A stretch of DNA of 64,000 nucleotides from Squalus acanthias (taxonomy: Eukaryota): positions 1,922,001 through 1,986,000 of the forward strand of contig CM059433.1 in assembly GCA_030390025.1 (NCBI GenBank). Reading direction: 5' to 3'. The stretch's first letter is position 1; the number at the start of each line of letters is the position of its first letter. The notes under the pieces were generated by a model, which saw only the letters and a program-made list of their open reading frames with translations, was not told where the DNA came from and ran no database searches. Of the stretch, positions 10,961-23,900 are shown piece by piece. Position numbers and translations under genes: made by a program.

Positions 10961-13900
10961 CTGCCAAGAGGAAGAGCAAAGAAAGTTAAAATTAAGACAA
11001 GTTTGAATTACTTGGTCAGAGTTTGTTCCCATTAAGTCTCATCAGCTAGTGTGACACACATTCACTACCAAAGATGCCATCTGAGGTTATTGCTGTTGCT
11101 ATGACTTGATGGGAGCAGCTCAGTGAATGGATTTTACACAAATGAAGATTTGTAAAAGGAAACAGAACCCACGAGTAAAAGTGTTTAAAAAGTGTCATTC
11201 TGTGACAACAGCAGAGAGACTGACAAATAAGTAGAGGGCACAAAAAAATTTAGGGACAATCTCATACCACACAAGTTGATTTTGCTTCAGACTGAACTGG
11301 TATTCTTTACTTTTCCTGAAAGTGGTCTGACCCCAATGTGGCTTTTGTTTCAAGACTACTTCCTCCCCAATACTTTTGTGTGACATGGTTCAAATCATAG
11401 TCTCCAGGATAACCCTTTACTTTCTAGAATCAGCGAAAGAAAAATTTGCCAGGTCATGGGGTAAGGATAGGGGAGTGGGACTAATTGGATAGCTCTTTCA
11501 AAGAGCCAGCGCAGACATGATGGGCCAAATGGCCTCCTTCTATACGATAGCAAAATACTGCGGATGCTGGAAATCCGAAATAACAACAGAAAACACTGGA
11601 AAAACTCAGCAGGCCAGGCAGCATCCGTGGAGAGAGAAAGAGAGTTGACGTTTCAGGTCGATGACCTTTCATCAGAACTGGGAAGAGCTGGAAATCAAAT
11701 AGATTTAAGGCCAGGGTAAAGCTGGGAAAAGGGGGAGGGGATAAAGGAACAAAGGAGGAGATGAAGAGACATTAAGAGACATTAAGAGATATGCAAGGCT
11801 AGAGGTGGTGTTAATGTGACAGATTAAGGCTGAATGAAGTGTGAAATCCACTGGCAGAATGGAGGACAGCTGCCAGCTTCTAGGAGGAAAAAAAAGGTGG
11901 GGCTCACAATGTGGACTCCTCTACATTGGGGAGACCAAACGCAGATTGGGTGACCGCTTCGCGGAACACCTCCGTTCAGTCCGTAAGGGGGACCCCGAGC
12001 TCCCGGTGGCCTGTCACTTTAATTCACCGCTTCACTCCCACTCTGACCTCACCGTCCTCGGCCTATTACACTGTTCCACGGAAGCTCAGCGTAAGCTCGA
12101 GGAACAGCACCTCATCTTTCGTTTAGGCACGCTACAGCCCTCTGGACTCAATATCGAGTTCAACAATTTTAGATCATAACCTCAGCTCCAATCACATTTA
12201 TATTTTATTTTATCCACCCTTTTATTTGTCCCCCCCACCTTTTTTTTCCTCCTAGAAGCTGGCAGCTGTCCTCCATTCTGCCAGTGGATTTCACACTTCA
12301 TTCAGCCTTAATCTGTCACATTAACACCACCTCTAGCCTTGCATATCTCTTAATGTCTCTTAATGTCTCTTCATCTCCTCCTTTGTTCCTTTATCCCCTC
12401 CCCCTTTTCCCAGCTTTACCCTGGCCTTAAATCTATTTGATTTCCAGCTCTTCCCAGTTCTGATGAAAGGTCATCGACCTGAAACGTCAACTCTCTTTCT
12501 CTCTCCACGGATGCTGCCTGGCCTGCTGAGTTTTTCCAGCGTTTTCTGTTGTTATTTTGGCCTCCTTCTATGTTGTATGATTCTATGAAGTGTGTTCCCT
12601 CGATCCTTAAAAAGCATTTGAATGTGAGTTTAGGGCTTGTGAAAAATTAAACAATCTGGACGAACTTATTTCAAGACCATGAAGGAACACAATAGTACCA
12701 TCAACTATTGTGATTAATGAAGCAATGAAAACAGCAAGGTACTCAAATTAATATGTTACTTCTTGTAAGACACATTCTGGTACAGCCAGGTGCAACTAAT
12801 TAAGTACTTTTACAAGCTAAAGCTTGGGAACTTATCAAGACCGAACAAACAAGGTAGATGAATGGGTCATGGTCCTCAGACAGGTGACCGTCTTTAAGGC
12901 CTTGTTAAGGCATTATTAGTGATTTAAATAAAGGAGGAATTACATAATTAAATGTGTTTTGTAAAACTCATCAAAATCTAATAATTAAAGTTTCTAACAT
13001 AGTTAGTTGAATGGTATCTTGGAAAGTGATCCACACAGCCCAATTGGTCATTTTAATTAGTTAGATCACCTGAAGTGGGTCTTTCTTGGAGATACTTTTA
13101 ATGTCAAATATTGTTCAATCCAATCAGAAGGTTTTAGAAAGCATTTGAAGGAGGTCAGACAGCTAACAGCTGGCTTTGAATGTTGAGAGAGGGTGAGGGT
13201 TTAAGAATGTTAAGTTTCAGAAAGATTAAGTTGTATTAGCTTGGGTTGTAAAGAAATTAAAGTGTGTTTCAATAGTTAATTCAACTGCAAAAGTTTCTAA
13301 GCACAATATGACTGCCAGTAAAAGTAACATACATGCAAATTAAGTCCAAGTGAGTAGCAGATGACTGAGGAAACAAAAGTATCACAGACATAATCCACTG
13401 CATCACAAAGGCAGAACTACCTGATGCTGCAGGCAGCATACTACTCAAAGATGTTGTTTCATTTCATGCTTATGTCTCCAAGGGACAATCTTAACACTGG
13501 AAGCTTACGAACGGAACTTTGCTGTTGCAAATTATGACCTGGATTTTGCGGTTGTAATTACGGCAAAACTGTCAGCGTTCGCCATCATTACCCTGTGAAA
13601 CTGACGTGGCGTCTGACGTGGCGTCTGCACGTGTGCAGTAAAACGCGGAGATCCAGAACCTGCTGTCAATGATTATTTGCTCCTCCACAGGGTGCGCTGT
13701 TCAACCCCTGTAAACTGCAATCTTTGAGAAATCACTGAACTGACGAGAACTTCCCCTTTTGCGCTGTAATATTGCTGTTAAAACCCCCCAAAATAGTTAA
13801 GCCTTGTGCACTGAAGTGTATCTGGGTTTTTAATGGCGTACTAAGTCATAATTACTGCTGAACAACCTCTTTGGCCCTGAAAAACTAATTTTATATTTGT

Positions 13901-16900
13901 GGAATATCAACATTTTTCCATTCTGATAAAAGTTCTTTTTTTTTTTAAAATAATAAAAATTATTAAAAATGTTGATAATATTTCAGCTTCTCACTTAATT
14001 CCAATCTTTATTTTGGTCTGTAAAATTTATAAAAAGTGAAGGATAATCAGTGCATTTTACTTCCTGGTTTGCTGTCTGAGAATTCTTCAATGTGACTGGC
14101 TGCTTAGCCTACTTGATGACATGACTGTTGTTGGACGCTGGAGATCCCCTAAACTTGGCGCCAGAATCAAATTAACATTGGGAAAGGTGAAACCGACGCC
14201 AGAGAGATCGCTAGATCTTTGTGGGCAGCTTTCTTTGAGGTCAGCGGCGAGCGCAATCCCTTCGCCGCTGACCGTGAAATCCGGGCCAATAGTTAAATTG
14301 TACTTCACTTAGTGTTATGCTGTGGATAAACCTGGCTTGGTTAATAATGAATACCTTTCGTAATGGGTTATGCAGGATGCTATCAAGCATGCTAATTTAG
14401 ACATGTGTGAAACTATGGACATAAATCGTAAATCCTGATCTAATTTTGGGGTGCAGAGGAAAAAGAGGGGAAAATTTAAAATTCTTTTCAGATTGACTAT
14501 TAAACCCATCAAAATCTAGCAGCTATTCACAAAAAAGATTTGAAAAATTAACTGCATAAAAGGCAGCAGGGTTACATTAGTGAAATAAGTGACCAAAAAA
14601 AATGACTTGATACACTACCCCTAATAACTCAGGCCATGCCTTTAACAGAGTAGTCTACACTAACTGCAATTTTTATTTCCATAACCGGGGGAGCATTTGG
14701 GTAATGGTGATCATAAGATCATCAGGTTTAGAATAGTTATGGAAAAGGGCAAGGAACAATCAAGTGTAAAAACACTTAACTGGAGGAGAGCTAATTTCAG
14801 TGAGCTAAAAAGGGATTTGGCCCAGGTGGACTGGAATCAAAAATTGGCAGAACAGTAATTAAACAATGGGAGTCCTTAAAAGAGGAGTTATTTGGGTACA
14901 GAGTAGACACATTCCCATGAGGGGGAAAGGAAGGGCATCCAAAGCTAGAGCTCCCTGGATGACTAAAGATATAGATATTAAAATGGAACAGAAAAAGGAG
15001 GCTCATGACAAATGTAAGGTTCATAAGACAGTGGAGAACCAAGCTGAATACAGAAAGTACAGAGACGACCTAAAAAAGAGAATAAGAGGGGCAAAGAGAG
15101 AGTATGAGAATAAATTAGCAGCTAACATAAAAGGGAACCCAAAAGTCTTTTTATAAACATATAAATAGTAAAAGGGTAGTCAAAGGAAATGTGAGGCTGA
15201 TTAGGGGTCAAAAGGAGATCTTCTTGTGGAGACAGAAGGCATGGCAGATGTACTAAATGAGTACTATGCATGTGTCTTCGCTAGAGAAGAGGATGCTGAC
15301 AATGTGGCAGCAATGGAGGAGGTAGTAGTGATAATAGAGGCAGAGAGTACAAAAGCAAGGATGTTATGCTAAACCTTTATAAAACACTGGTTAGACCTCA
15401 TAGTTGGAAGAGTGTGTTCAATTCTGGGCACCACACTTTAGGAAGGATGTCAAGGCCTTAAGGAGGGTGCAGAAGAAATTTATTAGAATGGCACCAGGGA
15501 TGAAGGACTTCAGTTATGCAGAGAGACTGGAGATGCTGGGGTTGTTTTCCTTAGAGCTGAGAAGGTTAAGAGGAGATTTGATAGAGGTGTTCAAAATCAT
15601 GAACGCTTTTGATAGAGTTAATAAGGAGAAAATGTTTCCAACGGCAGAAGGATCGGTAACCAGAGGACACAGAGTTAAGGTGACTGGCAAAAGAACCAGA
15701 GGCGACATAAGGATTTTCTTTTTTTACATAGCGAGTTGTTGTACCTAAAAGGGCGGTGGAAGCAGATTCAATAGTAACTTTCAAAAGGGAATTGGATAAA
15801 TACTTGACGGGAAAAATTTACAGGGCTATGGGGAAAGAGCAAGGGAGTGGGACGAATTGGAGAGCTCGTTCAAAGAGTCAGCACAGGCACGATGGGCCGA
15901 ATGGCCTCCTTTGGTGCTGTATCATTCTATGATTGTATGAAAAACAATGGTGTCATTAAACGGAGTTTGAAAAATGGAGATTGTAATGTATCACAAGGTT
16001 CTTCTCTAAAATACTCACCTACTGATGCTCTTTTCTTTCCATAGACAACTTTGCCATCAAATTCATCCACTGGTATTTTCAGGTCAGGCTCAACTTGAGA
16101 GATGATGACGTTCAAGTGTTCTTCAATGTCGGTCAACAGCTTGAAAAAAAGCATTCAGATGTTTATTATTTTCTTGGCTGAGACAAAATGGTGTGCCAGT
16201 GTGGACAGAAAAGTATAGTAAAAATATTTTTCAACTTACAATCCACTAAAAACCTTTTCACTCGTGAGAATTGAACATTAGTTTCAGATTCACAATATGT
16301 ATGGTTTGAAAGGTAGGTTAGATATAGCAATGACCCTTTGCCAAAAATATTGCTATGTATTTACCCTCAGTGGCTCGATTGGTAAAAACAGCAACTATAG
16401 CTGGACTACATCACTGGCATCTACCCGACAATGTGGAAAACTGCCCAGGTATGTCCTGTCCACAAAAAAGGACAAATCCAATCCGACCAATTACCGCCCC
16501 ATCAGTCTACTCTCAATCATCAGCAAAGTGATGGACAGTGTCGTCAACAGTGCTATCAAGCGGCACTTACTCACCAATAACCTGCCCACTGATGCCCAGT
16601 TTGGGTTCCACTCAGCTCCAGGCCTCATTACAGCCTTCATCCAAACATGGACAAAAGAGCTGAATTCCAGAGGTGAGATGAGAGTGACCCTTGACATCAA
16701 GGCAGCATGTGACAGAGTGCGTCATCAAGGAGCACTAGCAAAATTGAAGTCAATGGGAATCAGTGGGGAAAATTCTCCACTGGCCGGAGTCATACCTAGC
16801 ACAAAGGAAGATGGTTGTTGGTGTTGGAGGCCAATCATCTCAGTCCCAGAACATCACTGCAGGAGTTCCTCAGGGCAGTGTCCTAGGCCCAACCATCTTC

Positions 16901-19900
16901 AGCTGCTTCATCAATGACCTTCCCTCCATAAGGTCAGAAGCGAGGATGTTCGCTGATGATTGCACAGTGTTCAGTTCCATTCACAACTCCTCAGATAATG
17001 AAGCAGTTCGTGCCCGCATGCAACAAGACCTGGTGACACTCAGGCTTGGGCTGATAAGTCGGAGGTAACATTCGCGTCACACATGTGCCAGGCAATGACT
17101 ATCTCCAACAAGAGAGTTTCTAACCACTGCCCCATGACATTCAATGGCATTAGCATCACCAGATCCCCCACCATCAACATCCTGGTGGTCACCATTGACC
17201 AGAAACTTAACTGGACCAGCCACATAAATACTGTGGCTACAATAGCAGGTCAGAGGCTGGGTATTCTGCAGCGAGTGACTCACCTCCTGACTCCTCAAAG
17301 TTTTTCCACCATCTACAAAGCACAAGTCAGGAGTGTGATGGAATACTCTCCACTTGCCTGGATGAGTGCAGCTCCAACAACACTCAAGAAGCACAGGATG
17401 TACTAGAAAGGCTGGATATGCTTAGAGTGGATAAGTCGCCTGATCCAGATGGCTTGCATCCCAGGTTGCTAAGCGAATTGGGGGAGGAGATAGCAGAAGG
17501 GCTTGCCATAATTTTCCAATCTTCCCTAGATGCAGGGGAGGTGCCAGAGGATTGGAAAAGTGGCAAATGTGACACCATTGTTCAAAAAAGGATGGAAGGA
17601 CAATCCTAGTAACTACAGGCAGGTCAGTTTATCAGTGGTGGGCAAAGTTTTAGAAACAATAGTCAAGGAAAAAATTAACAGGCACTTGGAGAGGTTTAAG
17701 CTAATTAAGGAGAGCCAACACAGATTTGTAAAAGGCAGATCTTGTTTGATTAATCTAATTGAATTTTTTGATGAAGTAACAGGGAGGATTGATGAAGGGA
17801 ATTCAATGGATGTTGTCTCCATGGTTTTTAGGAAGGTGTTTTGACAAAGTAGCACATAGAAGGCTGGTTAACAAAATTGAGGCTCATGGAATAGGTGGGT
17901 CAGTGGCAGCTTGGATAAGGAATTGGCTTAAGGACAGAAAACAGCAAGTTGTGGTAAATGGCTGTTTTTCAGACTGGAGGATGGTAGACAGTGGTGTTCC
18001 CCAAGGGTCAGTGCTGGGGCCACTGCTTTTATTGATATAAATGACCTGGATATTGGAATACAGAGTAGAATTTCTAAATTTGTCGATGACACCAAACTTG
18101 GGGGTGTGGCAAACAGTGAGGATGATACCAATCGACTGCAACAGGACATAGAAAGGCTAGCAGAATGGGCAGACAAGTGGCAGATGAAATTTAATACAGA
18201 GAAGTGTGAGGTGATGCATTTTGGCAGAAGGAACAGGGAGAGGCAATATACACTTAATGGCACAGTTTTAAAGAGTGTGCAGGGACAGAGGGACCTGGGA
18301 GTTAATGTGCATAAGTCCCTGAAGGTGGCAGGACATATTGAGAGAGTGGTTAGCAAAGCATATGGGATCTTGGGCTTCATAAATAGAGGTATTGAGTACA
18401 AAAGTGGAGAAGTTATGCTGAACCTTTATAAAGCGCTGGTTAGGCCACAACTGGAGTATTGCGTCCAGTTCTAGTCACCACACTTTAGGAAGGATGTGAA
18501 GGCCCTTGAGAGGGTGCAGAGGAGATTTACCAGAATGGTTCCGGGGGATCTTAGCTACAAGGACAGGTTGGAGAAGCTGGAGTTGTTTTCATTAGAGCAA
18601 AGGAAGTTGAGGGGTGATTTGATAGAGGTGTACAAGATTATGACGGGTTTGGATAGGCTAGACGAGGAAAGGCTGTTCCCACTAGTTGATGGTACAAGGA
18701 CTAGGGGACAGAGTTAAGGTTTTGGGCAAGAGATACAGGGGGGGATGTGAGGAAAAACTTTTTTTACGCAGCGAGTTGTGAGGACCTGGAACTCGCTGGC
18801 GACGGAAGTGGTGGAAGCGGAGACACTCAATGTTTTCAAGGGGAGACTGGATAGGCACTTGAGGGAAATAAACTTGCAGGGCTACGGGGATAGAGCGGGG
18901 GAATGGGACTGGCTGGATTGCTCTACAGAGAGCCGGCACAGACTTGATGGGCCGAATGGCCTCCTTCTGTGCCTCTATAAGCTCGACACCATCCAGGACA
19001 AAGCAGCCCACTTGATTGGCACCCCAGTCACCAGCTTAAACATTCACTCCCTCCACCACAGGTGCACCGTGGCTGCAGTTTGTACCATCTACAAGATGCA
19101 CAGCAGCAACTCACCAAGACTTCTTCGACAGCACCTCCCAAACATGCAAGCTCTACCACCTAGAAGGACAAAGGCAGCAGGCACACCGTCATCTCCAAGT
19201 TCCCCTCTAAATCACACACCATCCTGACTTGGAAATATATCGCCGTTCGGTCAAAATCATAGAACTCCCTCCCTAATAGCACTATGGGTGTACCTTCACC
19301 ACACAGACTGTAGCGGATCACCACCACCTTCTCAAGGGCAATAAATACTGGCCTTGCCAGCGACGCCCACATCCCAGGAACGAAGAAAAAAATTGTGGTA
19401 AAAAACTCGGATGTGCTTATTTACAGTAATTAAACACAACGGCTGTGAAGAGACACAGTTCCCCCTCAACATAAAAAATAAACTGGACACTATAAAGGTG
19501 AAATGTTTCCATCCTCATTCTTGGGACTTATCGTGAGCATCGTCATGGGAAATCTGCAACTATGCAAAAAATACAAGATGTGTGGGAGTGTTATATGGCG
19601 CAACACAGTCACCAAAGTTCTGAAGATTACTAACTTCCTGCATTGCTACTGCACTTTAAGATATCAGATACCACCTTTGGAACATTTTGTTCTCTATCTT
19701 TAAGAGGGAGTTTGTTTGAAATCAGGTAGTCCCCAACATAAAAGTCACCAAAGTTGAGGTTATAGGTGCATAAATATAGTCAAACATTTCCAACGTGAGG
19801 CAAACAAAAATCTAAACAAATTTTTATCTAAGCTTGAGAAAAAAATGTCCATGTTTATAGCTGTAGGTTGTTTTGAAGTTATCTAAGCTTGGTTAACAAA

Positions 19901-20940
19901 GCTGATAACAGGCCATTCCTTACCGATGTACGTGTTACAGTTCAAAGTTTAGTCATATTCAACAAGCGCAAAATATCTGAAGTTCGTACCAGAGTAGGTG
20001 AAAGAGTTTACAATCTTGATGACAAATGAAAGTCTATGAAATTTTTTAAAATGTTAAATGTTAATGTACCTGCATTTCATTGTACCATATGGTGCATCCA
20101 CCCTGATCCTTTAGCCTGGTGTTGTAGCAACCTCTTCCACGAGTTCCACAAACATGGTACCAAACCTAGAAATGATTAAAAGAAGCTTTTGTTAGTCACT
20201 CATTTCTAATACTGGTCATGTCTACAAGAGATTATATTGTATGACCAGTCAAATACTGAAACAGTTTTAGTAACCAAACTAAAAGTGGCCACACATCAAT
20301 ATCAATAATCTTTAAACATTTCAATGATGTCCAATATGGATACCAAACAGCTTCTGACCTGCATCTCAAATGAGTTAGTGTAATGGAGAAGAGTCAAAAA
20401 TATTTTTGAAATAGTTAACCACTTGTGGACATTTATATAAACATTTCAAACTCAAACATTGCTTACATATTTAGATTTTAGGTACCAATAGAAACAAAAC
20501 AGGGATTCTAACCTGCACCTACAGAACCAGTCAAGAATCTATACACAAGTTTGTGACAATTGTGGATAGTACTGTGACTGTTGGGAAATATTACATTGGG
20601 GGAAAAATTCAGTTGGTTTGCGCCTCCCGTTAGCGCCTTAAGAGGGCGCTAATGGGGCACAAAGCAACTAGCGCCCGTGCGCGGCGATGTTTGCGTCACT
20701 CACGAAATTAACTAGACATTTTGCGGCGGCGCTAAACACTACCGCCACGATCTCCTGTGCTGGCAGATCGTGAAGTCAGTCGAGTGCGCAACGCCCCGGA
20801 CCGGATATTGAGTGGCGCCCCCTATCTTTAGCAACGACAGGTTGAGGGGCGCGTTTTGTAGTCAGGAAGGGACTGGGGGAGCGCTATTTAAAGGCGACCG
20901 CTTCCTGCCTTTTTTTGTTGGTGACATTTTTGCACCACGC

Positions 20941-20976
<36 letters not shown>

Positions 20977-23900
20977 TGACTTCTGGAGAGATTCAACACT
21001 GTGTGAAGGAGTTTTGAGTACTGAGCAGCACTTTGCAGGTTCATTTTGATTTGCCCTTCCTTGCATCGATTTAGAAGAGACTGTGGGGGTTGCACTCGGA
21101 GCTCTTTCCCTGGGGCTCTCCATTGTTCTTTCCAGCAGATTTGATGTACAGATCTCTCCAGGCAGAGATTCAAGGCTGCAATGAGCAGGATGTGGATGGA
21201 GAGCAAGATCAACCCTCCCCTTTAAGAACTGGCTGGCGCCATTGTGTCTGTGTTCCATTGCTGACTGACATCACATGAGCTTCGCAGCGCTCTGAGGTAG
21301 CGCCTCGCTCCTCGGCCTTTGCGCCTTAAGACAGTTGTGAAGCACCTGATTTAGCGCTCCAATCACCTCCAGGGGTGATAAAAGCCAAGTTTGCAGTCGG
21401 AGGCGATAATTAGCACCAGGCGCTAATCTTTGCACCCGACCGATAATTGCGCCCCAAATGGGGCGATACTGAATTTCTCCCCCATTGGGTCTTGCTGTAA
21501 CTAAAAGTTATTTTTAAAGTTCTGATATTCTTGGAGCCTATTACTGCTAGAACCTGTACTTGTATAGCTTTCCTTATATACAGGAACTGTTCAGGGCAGT
21601 GCACAGAATAGAAACACTGCGCAAAAGGGGAAAAAGGATTGGGTGGTGAAGCACAGTTGAAGAGTAGAGTCTTAAAGAGGCTTTGAAGGCAGACGGGGAG
21701 ATAACAAGGTGCAGATGCTCGGGAGCAGATAGTTCCCGAAGGTAGGGGCATGGGTCTACAAAGGACTGGCTGCTGATTGTGAAATGGAGGGCGTGGGAAA
21801 CATAGAATATGCCGGTGTTGGAGGGCACGTCTGGGACATGCACCTGGAGATTGATGAAGTAGGGTAGAACAAAGGCATGGAAAACCTTTAAGGCGAGAAG
21901 GGTGAGGACAATGACCTTTGTCAGTTCACTGGGGCATTGGCAGCCAGTGCAACTTAGTGAGGACAGGGTGCTCGGGGTGCAGGCTCAGTTGCCATTTCAG
22001 GGGTTAAAGAAAGGGTAATAACACAAAGGCGAATTAAGTTATTTTACTGGTCTATCAGGTACATTCTAGATTTTTAAGAGAAGTTAGTCTAGAATATACT
22101 TTGTGAAAGCTTTTCACCAGTTTTGACTTTATGCCAAGGAGCTGTGCAATAATTTACTCATCAGACTAATGTCTTCGAAAGCATTTCTGATTTGAAATAG
22201 TTACAAGCAACCGTCAGATAAAACAGCCGAAAAAATAGCAGCTAATTAATTTTTAAAATCGCCAGTTTTGGTCATTACAATGCAGAATAGTTTTAAAATA
22301 ACAAAAAGATTTTGCATACAATAGAACTAACACATAAGGATTACCTTTTCTTTCTCAGTTGCCACCAAGGAAATAGCCAGACCCATCCTGAAAAAAGCCC
22401 AAATGTTACTTTGCTACTTTGTAAAAACATACTTTTTAACATAAAGAAACATGTTAGAAAAAGTATAGAAGTGGACTTAATGCAAACTCAGTATCTTACC
22501 TGTCAGCTCTGCCCACTCTACCAATCCGATGAACGTAGTTTTGTTTTTCGTCAGGAAGAGTCACATTAATTACTATATTTAAAAATAAAAATAAATTAGT
22601 ACTGTACTAAATTAAAGAGCAGCAACACAATCAGTAGATAGCTCACTTACCAAAAGGAACACCACGAATATCAATTCCTCTGGCAGCAACATCAGTGCAG
22701 ATCAGGAATTTAACATCCGCTTTCTTTCCAAAAAAAAGAGATGCATCAATACTTTGCATTCAGACAGCCAACATTAAACAAATCATTTTTAATCATCTCC
22801 AAAGCTTTTTTCCCTTTATTGCTACAATCTTTAACAGGTCAAGCTTGCACTGAATGTCACTTTTCTATCTCTGGCTGCAGATTCTGACACTCTCACTGAT
22901 TTCAGGTTGCGGAAGACAAACACTTGTTATTGCTAACGTAACTGGATATTGACAATTATTGAGTTGTCAGATTTTGCACCAGGCAAGCTCGCTAACATTT
23001 ACAGAACTGCACTTTCTGGACTCAGTTTATAATGAAAAATATTTCAGCTAAAAAGCCAATTTAGCAAGAAACTGAATGTAGAACAATCTTTTATAGTGAA
23101 ATTTACTACCCATTTATAATGAAAATTTAAATAATAGAATTAATCTGCAAGCAATTAAATATAAAAAGTCTACTTCTACCTCCAGCTATAAAGCATTTCA
23201 ATCATTAGACTCAACTTCAGTCATTGTAACAGTGTCGTTATCAGTCCTTTTAGTAGAAATAGAGTCAACTTCAGGTCAAGATCAATTGAAATGTCAGAGA
23301 ATGCAGCACCTTTGAATATTTCAAATGGAGCTGAATTTAAGTTTCAACAAAAATGGCCACATTTTGAACAAAAACACAGCACAGCAATAATTACAAAGGA
23401 ATAATAACCTACAGACCTCAATTTTAAAGTGGCTGCTCTATACTTAATACTGAAAAAATGACACAATAAGCTATCAGCTTTGCTCAGAAAAGATATTACA
23501 CTGACTAACTAGTCAAGTTAAAAACCATAAGCTGCCAACTGCCTACCCCAGTTTCAAATGATTTTATTTTAAAATAAAATGCATTTCTTTCCAGCATTTT
23601 TAAATTCTAGAGTGGTCTGCTGTAATACAACTAAACAAGATAGGACTGACCACGTGGAGCACAAGTCAAAAACATTAAGAAACCAGCTATAACTTTTTTT
23701 TAAATAAAAAATATGGTTTTGTAGCTTGTGAGCAGCTTTTATGTTGGCTTGCATTTTTTTTTGCTTCTATTCAATTGTGGAGATGACCATTTATATTTAG
23801 TATTTCAACAGAAGTTCTATAGCATTACATCATTGAATACACTTTAGTTGGAAGTCTAAATCATTAAGTTTTTTTAGAAATAATTATTTTTAATTTTAAA

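Larger units (their letters stand above)
11544..12557 (+). mobile_element. Penelope-like element, 5'-truncated, with inverted pseudo-LTR; GIY-YIG endonuclease C-terminal fragment at 11903-12179
   Basis: [20 protein letters not shown]...HFN...[21 protein letters not shown]; arms 11578-11902 and 12233-12557 are reverse complements; flanking 14-bp duplication TGGCCTCCTTCTAT (11530-11543, 12558-12571). Confidence 0.9.

Noticed and set aside
10790..11032. Track ORF overlapping the last DDX1 exon
   Set aside because: Wrong frame; the real frame ends LFRRF* at 10830
11841..12179. 112-aa ORF as a stand-alone nuclease gene
   Set aside because: Its first ~21 codons come from the inverted pLTR arm, it starts at GTG, and the GIY half of the domain is truncated
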